This document shows, piece by piece, positions 25,716 to 32,000 of a stretch of DNA of 32,000 bases; position 1 is the first letter of the stretch, and every line of letters starts with the position of its first letter. Position numbers and translations under genes: made by a program. The stretch lies in assembly GCA_963718915.1 (NCBI GenBank), contig CAVRAI010000001.1, positions 450,001-482,000 of the forward strand, written 5' to 3'. The stretch comes from an uncultured Chloroflexia bacterium (GTDB lineage: Bacteria > Chloroflexota > Ktedonobacteria > Ktedonobacterales > JADMIN01). The notes beneath the pieces were generated by a model. It ran no database searches. It had not been told where the DNA came from and saw only the letters and a list, made by a program, of their open reading frames with translations.

Positions 25716-25760
25716 GCGGCTTCTTCCCTGGAGATGTCTGGGAGAAGCCGCTTTTTGTTG
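25716..25760 (+). terminator. Riboswitch expression-platform terminator
   Basis: Stem GCGGCTTCTTCCC...GGGAGAAGCCGC followed by TTTTTGTTG. The upstream TGATGC can pair with the 3' P1 strand GCATCA, giving an anti-terminator. Confidence 0.8.
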
Positions 25761-25768
25761 TGTCGCGG

Positions 25769-25920
25769 CTGGCGGCTGAAGCCGCGCCTATGGGCCTGCG
25801 GCCGCAAAGGCCGCCTACGCGGCCTGAAGAAGTCTGCGGCAAACGTGCGCCTATCTCTGCAGCCTGCGCAGGCAGGCTTCGCGGCGTAGCGTAGCCCTTA
25901 GCCGCGGCTTCAGCCGCCAG
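25769..25920. repeat. 152-bp palindromic, MITE-like GC-rich element (copy b of the dispersed family) with 18-bp terminal inverted repeats
   Basis: CTGGCGGCTGAAGCCGCG (25769-25786) is the exact reverse complement of CGCGGCTTCAGCCGCCAG (25903-25920). Internal hairpins are GCGGCC-gcaaa-GGCCGC and GCCTGC-gcag-GCAGGC. Confidence 0.75.
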
Positions 25921-25925
25921 GGCAA

Positions 25926-27074
25926 TTGAACAACGAGGGATCCGTGGACGTGCAGGACGAGCGCATCGCGCAGGAGCAGACGCCGTTCACCGCCGATGGC
26001 GTGCCGCGCGCGCTCTGGTGGGATGAAGCGGCGCGGGCGCTGCGGCTGCTCGACCAGCGGCTGCTGCCCGGTGAATGCGTTGTGCTGGCATGTTCGACGG
26101 CGGCGCAGGTGGGCGAGGCGATCCACACGCTCCAGGTACGTGGCGCGCCCGCGATTGGCGCGGCGGCGGCCTACGGGCTAGCGCTTGGCGCGCGCGAGTC
26201 GCTGCCGCCTGACGAGATCATCCCGTCCGAGATGGCGCTGGCAAAGCTCAATGCGATTGCGGCGGAGCTACGCGCGACCCGACCGACGGCGGTGAATCTG
26301 GCGTGGGCGCTGGCACGGCTGCTGGCTGTCGCCGAACGCCATTGTCTCGCCGAGGGCGCGGTGGCCGATCTGCCCGCGCGGCTGCTGGCCGAAGCGCATG
26401 CCATCGCCGCCGAAGACGCCGCCGCCTGCCGGATGATGGGCAAGTTGGGCAGCGAACTGATCGCCGACGGCGACATCCTGCTGACCCATTGCAACGCGGG
26501 CGCGCTCGCCACCTGCGGCATCGGCACGGCGCTCGCCCCGATCTACACGGCGCAGCGCCAGGGCAAACGACTGCATGTCTATGTGGATGAGACGCGGCCA
26601 GTCTTGCAGGGCGCTCGCCTGACCGCCTGGGAACTTCAGCGCGCGGGCGTGCCGTTGACGCTCATAACTGATAACATGTCAGCGCACATCTTGCGCACGG
26701 CGGGCGTCCGGGCGATATTTGTCGGCGCGGATCGTATCGCGGCCAACGGCGATACCGCCAACAAGATTGGCACCTATGGGCTGGCGGTGCTGGCGCAGGC
26801 GCATGAGATACCGTTCTATGTCGTCGCGCCGCGCTCGACCATCGATCTCGCGCTGGCCAACGGTGATGGCATTCCCATCGAGGAGCGCGCGCCCATAGAG
26901 GTGACGCATGTGCGCGGGGTGGCGCTTGCGCCGGAGGGTGTGCGCGTCGCCAATCCGGCGTTCGACGTGACGCCCGCGCGTTATATCACGGCAATCATCA
27001 CCGAGGCAGGGATTGCGCGCCCGCCATATAGAGAGTCGCTTGCGGCGCAGATGAGCGCGGCGGAAGCAAAATAA
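25926..27074 (+). CDS. mtnA: S-methyl-5-thioribose-1-phosphate isomerase
   Basis: Motifs LLDQRLLP, RGAPAIGAAAAYG, RPTAVNL, THCNAGALAT, DETRPVLQGARLTAWEL, GADRIAANGDTANKIGTY. The start is uncertain: TTG 25926 or GTG 25944/25950. A GAGGGA RBS at 25935-25940 favours 25950. Confidence 0.9.
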   Translation: MNNEGSVDVQDERIAQEQTPFTADGVPRALWWDEAARALRLLDQRLLPGECVVLACSTAAQVGEAIHTLQVRGAPAIGAAAAYGLALGARESLPPDEIIPSEMALAKLNAIAAELRATRPTAVNLAWALARLLAVAERHCLAEGAVADLPARLLAEAHAIAAEDAAACRMMGKLGSELIADGDILLTHCNAGALATCGIGTALAPIYTAQRQGKRLHVYVDETRPVLQGARLTAWELQRAGVPLTLITDNMSAHILRTAGVRAIFVGADRIAANGDTANKIGTYGLAVLAQAHEIPFYVVAPRSTIDLALANGDGIPIEERAPIEVTHVRGVALAPEGVRVANPAFDVTPARYITAIITEAGIARPPYRESLAAQMSAAEAK

Positions 27075-27092
27075 TGGTGCTGGGCAGATCGT

Positions 27093-27126
27093 TTCTATTT
27101 GCAGTCCGCGCAGGCGGACTTTGTGG
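27093..27126. repeat. Partial copy c of the GC-rich hairpin repeat family
   Basis: tctatttGCAGTCCGCGCAGGCGGACTTTGTGGC corresponds to tatctctGCAGCCTGCGCAGGCAGGCTTCGCGGC at 25852-25885. The hairpin stem differs by compensatory changes. Confidence 0.55.
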
Positions 27127-27181
27127 CCGAGCGGGAGCAAGGCCCTTCAGGCGCGGTTTTAACCGCCCGCGCTAATAAGGA

Positions 27182-28195
27182 GTGGATGTGGCAATCGTAG
27201 TGGTTGGCTCGGTGGCGCTGGATTCGGTCGAGACGCCATTTGGCAAGGTGGACGACGTGCTTGGCGGCGCGGCCTCATACTTTTCGCTGGCGGCGTCGCT
27301 CTACGCGCCCGTCGAACTGGTTGCGGTCGTCGGCGACGACTTCCCGGCGCGCTATCTCGATGAACTGCGCGCGCGTCCGATTGATCTCGCCGGGCTGCGG
27401 AGCGTCCCCGGCAAGACGTTTCGCTGGGGCGGACGCTATCACCTGGATATGAATTCGCGCGACACCCTCTTCACTGAACTGGGCGTCTTCGCCGACTTCG
27501 CGCCGGAGGTGCCCGCGAGCTACCGCCAGTCGCCCATCCTCTTCCTGGGGAATATCCATCCGCAGCTCCAGCTCGACGTGTTGCGGCAGACGGCGGGCAG
27601 TGGCCAGCGCCAGTTACGCGCCCTCGACACGATGAACCTGTGGATCGCCAATGAGCGCGACGCGCTGACCGAGGTCATCCGCCAGGTGGATATCGTGCTG
27701 ATCGCCGAGGAGGAGGCGCGCCAGTATGCCGAGACACCGAGCCTGCGCGCCGCCGCCCGCTACATCATGAGCCTGGGGCCAAGTCAACTGGTCATCAAGC
27801 AGGGATCGTATGGCGCGGTACTCTTTAGCAACGATGGCAGCTATCATGCCGCGCCCGCCTATCCACTCGAAGATGTGCAGGATCCCACCGGGGCTGGCGA
27901 TTCGTTCGCCGGTGGCTTCCTGGGCTATCTGGCGCGGCGGCTGAGCAGCGAGGGCGCGCTCACCACGGGTGACTACCATCGCGCGCTCATCCACGGCAAC
28001 ATTCTCGGCTCGTATGCCTGCGAGCAGTTCAGCGTCGGGCGGCTGCTCACGCTGACGCCAGATGCCATCGCGGCGCGCTACGGCGAGTTCGTCAGCTTCA
28101 CCCATTTCGAGGGCGAGTGGCAGACGAACGGAGCGAATGGAGCCAATGGGGCAAATGGCGCCCGTGTCGAAGTGGAGAAACAAACGGAGGACTAA
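27182..28195 (+). CDS. PfkB/ribokinase-family kinase (substrate unknown; adenosine-kinase-like role is inferred only)
   Basis: N-terminal GSVALD...LGGAASY and C-terminal DPTGAGDSFAGGF anion-hole motif. The start is GTG 27182 or, better spaced from the AAGGAG RBS, GTG 27188. Confidence 0.85.
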   Translation: MDVAIVVVGSVALDSVETPFGKVDDVLGGAASYFSLAASLYAPVELVAVVGDDFPARYLDELRARPIDLAGLRSVPGKTFRWGGRYHLDMNSRDTLFTELGVFADFAPEVPASYRQSPILFLGNIHPQLQLDVLRQTAGSGQRQLRALDTMNLWIANERDALTEVIRQVDIVLIAEEEARQYAETPSLRAAARYIMSLGPSQLVIKQGSYGAVLFSNDGSYHAAPAYPLEDVQDPTGAGDSFAGGFLGYLARRLSSEGALTTGDYHRALIHGNILGSYACEQFSVGRLLTLTPDAIAARYGEFVSFTHFEGEWQTNGANGANGANGARVEVEKQTED

Positions 28196-28538
28196 ACGCC
28201 TCCTAAGTCTGTCTTCAGTCTCGGCCTTGAAAGTGCCGGAGTAGAAAGTGATTGGGCTTGAATAGCTCCTCGTACATGCGAGACCGCGCATTCATGGCCT
28301 CATTCTGAACCTACTCCTGGCCATTTATGGCCAGAGGAGGCTGGTGATGTGAGTTTCCGCGACTGTGGCACAGTTCAAGCTGTCCAGGTCGCTTTCCTGA
28401 AAACGCCGGACGAACGGCCATGGGTCGGAGTATCCATGCCGCCACCGGCGCCGTGACCTCCGCTGGTTTGTCACGCCTGGGAGGGGCGTATGTGCGGGGC
28501 ACCCGGCAGTCTCCGGTGCTATGGGCGGCTGTAGCTAG

Positions 28539-29909
<1,371 letters not shown>

Positions 29910-29920
29910 TTTTAACTCCG

Positions 29921-30025
29921 GACCTCACCCCCGGCCTATCGGCCACCCCCTCCCCCGCGAGGGGATGAGGCTGTAGGAACTCTCTAGCCCCCCTCTCCTG
30001 TGGGAGAGGGGTTGGGGGTGAGGTC
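29921..30025. repeat. Nested-palindrome intergenic repeat (about 105 bp, variant copy)
   Basis: Outer stem GACCTCACCCCC / GGGGGTGAGGTC encloses the hairpins CCTCCCCC-gcga-GGGGATGAGG and CCCCTCTCC-tgtg-GGAGAGGGG. It begins 12 nt after the ahcY stop. Confidence 0.8.
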
Positions 30026-30114
30026 TAGGGTCAGCAATCTAATTGTGGGTATGTCAGTTGAGTGATGAGCGATGTTTAGTGATGTAATGGGAGCAGTGAG
30101 GCAAGCAGAAGACG

Positions 30115-31377
30115 ATGAGCAGCAGTAACAGTTTTATGACCGACCCCAAAGCGTTCTTCACCAGTGAAAGCGTGACTGAGGGACATCCTGATAAGCTCTG
30201 TGACCAGATCAGCGACGGCGTGCTCGACGCGATGCTGCGCGACGACCCGATGGCGCGCGTGGCCTGCGAGACGGCGACGACGACCGGGCTGGTTTTGGTG
30301 GCGGGCGAGATCACCACCTCGACCTATGTGGATATTCCGGCTATCGTGCGCGAGACGATTCGCAAGGTCGGCTATGTGGACGCCAACTATGGCTTCGACT
30401 ATCGCACCTGCGGCGTCACGACGGCGATTGGCAAGCAAAGCCTCGACATCGATCGCGGCGTCAGCGCCTCGCTGGAGTATCGCGAGCGCACCGCCAGCGG
30501 CGAGCTGACCGACGCCGAGCTTGAGGCGGTTGGCGCGGGCGACCAGGGCATGATGATCGGCTTTGCCTGCAACGAGACCGATGTGCTGATGCCAGCGGCG
30601 ATCTACTTCGCCCACAACCTGTCGCGCAAGCTCGCCGAGAAGCGCAACGCCGACTGGGCGAGCAATGGCCCGCTGGCCTGGCTGCGTCCCGACGGCAAGA
30701 GCCAGGTGACGGTGCAATACGAGTATGGCAAGCCGGTGCGCATCGATACTGTCGTCATCTCGACACAGCATGCCGAGGATGTCTCGCAGGAGCAGATTTT
30801 CAGCGATATCGTCGAGCAGGTCATCAAGCCGACACTGCCCGCGGAGTTGCTGGACGAGAAGACACGCTATCTGGTGAACCCGACTGGGCGCTTCGTCATC
30901 GGCGGCCCAATGGGTGACGCCGGGCTGACTGGCCGCAAGATCATCGTCGATACGTACGGCGGTTTCGCCCGTCATGGCGGCGGCGCCTTCAGCGGCAAAG
31001 ACCCGACCAAGGTGGACCGCTCCGGCGCCTATGCGGCGCGCTACGTCGCCAAAAATATTGTCGCGGCGGGCCTGGCGGATCGCTGCGAGGTGCAGGTGTC
31101 GTATGCCATCGGCGTCGCCCGCCCGATCTCGCTTTTTGTTGAGACCTTCGGCACGGGCAAGGTCTCCAATGCGACGCTGATCGACCTGATTCGCGAGCAC
31201 TTCGATCTGCGCCCGGCGGGCATCATCCAGGCGCTCGATCTGCGCCGCCCGATCTATCAGCCGACCGCCGCCTATGGCCACTTTGGCCGCACCGACATCG
31301 ACGCGCCGTGGGAGCGCACCGACAAGGTGGACGCGCTGCGGAACGCGGTGGGCGCACAGGTCAGTCAGCCCGCGTAA
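30115..31377 (+). CDS. metK: Methionine adenosyltransferase (SAM synthetase)
   Basis: [40 protein letters not shown] and the C-terminal AAYGHFGR. Confidence 0.95.
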   Translation: MSSSNSFMTDPKAFFTSESVTEGHPDKLCDQISDGVLDAMLRDDPMARVACETATTTGLVLVAGEITTSTYVDIPAIVRETIRKVGYVDANYGFDYRTCGVTTAIGKQSLDIDRGVSASLEYRERTASGELTDAELEAVGAGDQGMMIGFACNETDVLMPAAIYFAHNLSRKLAEKRNADWASNGPLAWLRPDGKSQVTVQYEYGKPVRIDTVVISTQHAEDVSQEQIFSDIVEQVIKPTLPAELLDEKTRYLVNPTGRFVIGGPMGDAGLTGRKIIVDTYGGFARHGGGAFSGKDPTKVDRSGAYAARYVAKNIVAAGLADRCEVQVSYAIGVARPISLFVETFGTGKVSNATLIDLIREHFDLRPAGIIQALDLRRPIYQPTAAYGHFGRTDIDAPWERTDKVDALRNAVGAQVSQPA

Positions 31378-31380
31378 GGA

Positions 31381-31499
31381 GAACCTCACCCCCGGCCCCT
31401 CTCCTGCGAGGAGAGGGGAGTATGCGCGTCGCCAACCGGCACACGGGTCACCCATGCCCTCCCCTCGTAGGGGAGGGTGGCCGAAGGCCGGGTGAGGTC
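31381..31499. repeat. Nested-palindrome intergenic repeat, tandem copy 1 (119 bp)
   Basis: Outer stem ACCTCACCCCCGGCC / GGCCGGGTGAGGT. Inner hairpins are CCCCTCTCC-tgcga-GGAGAGGGG and CCCTCCCCT-cgt-AGGGGAGGG. It begins 4 nt after the metK stop. Confidence 0.85.
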
Positions 31500-31511
31500 T
31501 CCCCTGGCGAC

Positions 31512-31631
31512 GGACCTCACCCCCGGCCCCTCTCCTGCGAGGAGAGGGGAGGCAGAGGCGTCGCCAACTGGCAGGATGGTCGCCCATGCCCTCCCCTCGC
31601 AGGGGAGGGTGGCCGAAGGCCGGGTGAGGTC
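31512..31631. repeat. Nested-palindrome intergenic repeat, tandem copy 2 (120 bp)
   Basis: Same architecture as 31381-31499, separated from it by a 12-nt spacer. The central about 35 nt differs between the two copies. Confidence 0.85.
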
Positions 31632-31679
31632 TGGGGCTGAGGCTTAGACATTTACTAACCTGGAAAAGCGAGTGACCTG

Positions 31680-32000
31680 ATGACGCCGGACGGTGTCGCG
31701 GAGAAGCCGAAGACCGCCCGGCTCTGGTCCAATCGCGACTGGGTGCTGCTCTGGAGCGGGCAGCTTGTCTCAGTCGTTGGAACTCAGGTCTCACAACTTG
31801 CCTATCCATTGCTCATGCTGGCGCTGACGAACTCGCCAGCCCAGGCGGGCTTCCTGAGCGCCGCCCGCACCATCCCCTATCTGCTGCTCGGCCTCCCAGC
31901 GGGCGCGCTGGTGGATCGCTGGGACCGCAGGCGCGTGATGATCGTCTGCGACGCCGGGCGGGCGCTGACGCTCGGCAGCATTCCCGCTGGCGCTGGCGTT
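31680..32000 (+). CDS. MFS transporter (N-terminal 107 codons; runs off the window)
   Basis: The frame from ATG 31680 is open to the window end. It reads MTPDGVAEKPKTARLWSNRDWVLLWSGQLVSVVGTQVSQLAYPLLMLALTNSPAQAGFLSAARTIPYLLLGLPAGALVDRWDRRRV, which is typical of the EntS/MFS_3-type N-terminus. Confidence 0.8.
   Translation, partial: MTPDGVAEKPKTARLWSNRDWVLLWSGQLVSVVGTQVSQLAYPLLMLALTNSPAQAGFLSAARTIPYLLLGLPAGALVDRWDRRRVMIVCDAGRALTLGSIPAGAGV

Noticed and set aside
28320-28425. Possible SAH riboswitch upstream of ahcY (AGAGGAGGCTGG ... CCAGGTCGC ... GAACGGCC resemble the AGGAGCGCUGC / CAGGCUCGG / AACGGCGCUC cores)
   Set aside because: The required P1 (CCGAG/CUCGG) and pseudoknot (GAGCGC/GCGCUC) complementarities are not reproduced, and the pairing topology differs. 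The resemblance is probably GC-rich coincidence. The region is retained only as an unclassified structured leader.
28440-28530. Minus-strand GCACCGGAGACTGCC, resembling a cobalamin-riboswitch B12 box; also GTGCCACAG and AGGAAAGCGACCTGG, resembling RNase P motifs
   Set aside because: No downstream gene exists in that orientation for a riboswitch. The RNase P P4 core (GAGGAAAGUCCGGGC) and overall size are not satisfied. These are isolated short matches only.
31381-31631. Tandem 120-bp repeats considered as a CRISPR array
   Set aside because: There are only two units with a 12-nt spacer. Each unit is a large nested palindrome far longer than a CRISPR repeat, and a related copy sits alone at 29921. 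No cas genes are present.
30076-31809. 577-aa ORF on the minus strand
   Set aside because: It is entirely antisense to the unambiguous metK CDS and to the palindromic repeats. The product is Arg/Ala/Gly/Pro-rich with no recognisable domain, which is a typical high-GC antisense artefact.

Overview
High-GC bacterial chromosomal segment. The nested CCCCTC/GAGGGG palindromic intergenic repeats and the gene content remind me of Chloroflexota, but I cannot verify that. No rRNA, tRNA, CRISPR array, integrase or transposase was recognised. Left to right: (1) a catabolic pair on the minus strand (aldehyde dehydrogenase and class-III aminotransferase); (2) an envelope-signalling cluster with a zf-HC2 anti-sigma factor, an ECF sigma gene split by a frameshift, a membrane Ser/Thr kinase, and a divergent MMPL/RND transporter; (3) a lower-GC accessory stretch (about 11.2-21.6 kb). 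The accessory stretch opens with the most unusual structure in the window. Three direct copies of the MMPL gene 3' tail bracket two different DUF433-DUF5615 toxin-antitoxin cassettes, which looks like serial 3'-end displacement. It continues with a cupin, a COG4705-like membrane protein, a PadR regulator with its partner membrane protein and a palindromic operator, a dienelactone hydrolase, a DinB-family protein, a lipoprotein, a DUF6569/ARPP-1-like orphan, a RelE/ParE toxin-antitoxin pair and a small P-loop kinase. (4) An OpuC-type glycine-betaine/choline ABC transporter operon. (5) A SAM-cycle cluster: a clear SAM-I (S-box) riboswitch with terminator, then mtnA, a PfkB kinase, ahcY and metK. 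This cluster is interspersed with two families of structured GC-rich intergenic repeats. The window ends in a truncated MFS transporter gene. Many long ORFs in the six-frame track are antisense or off-frame artefacts of the high GC content.
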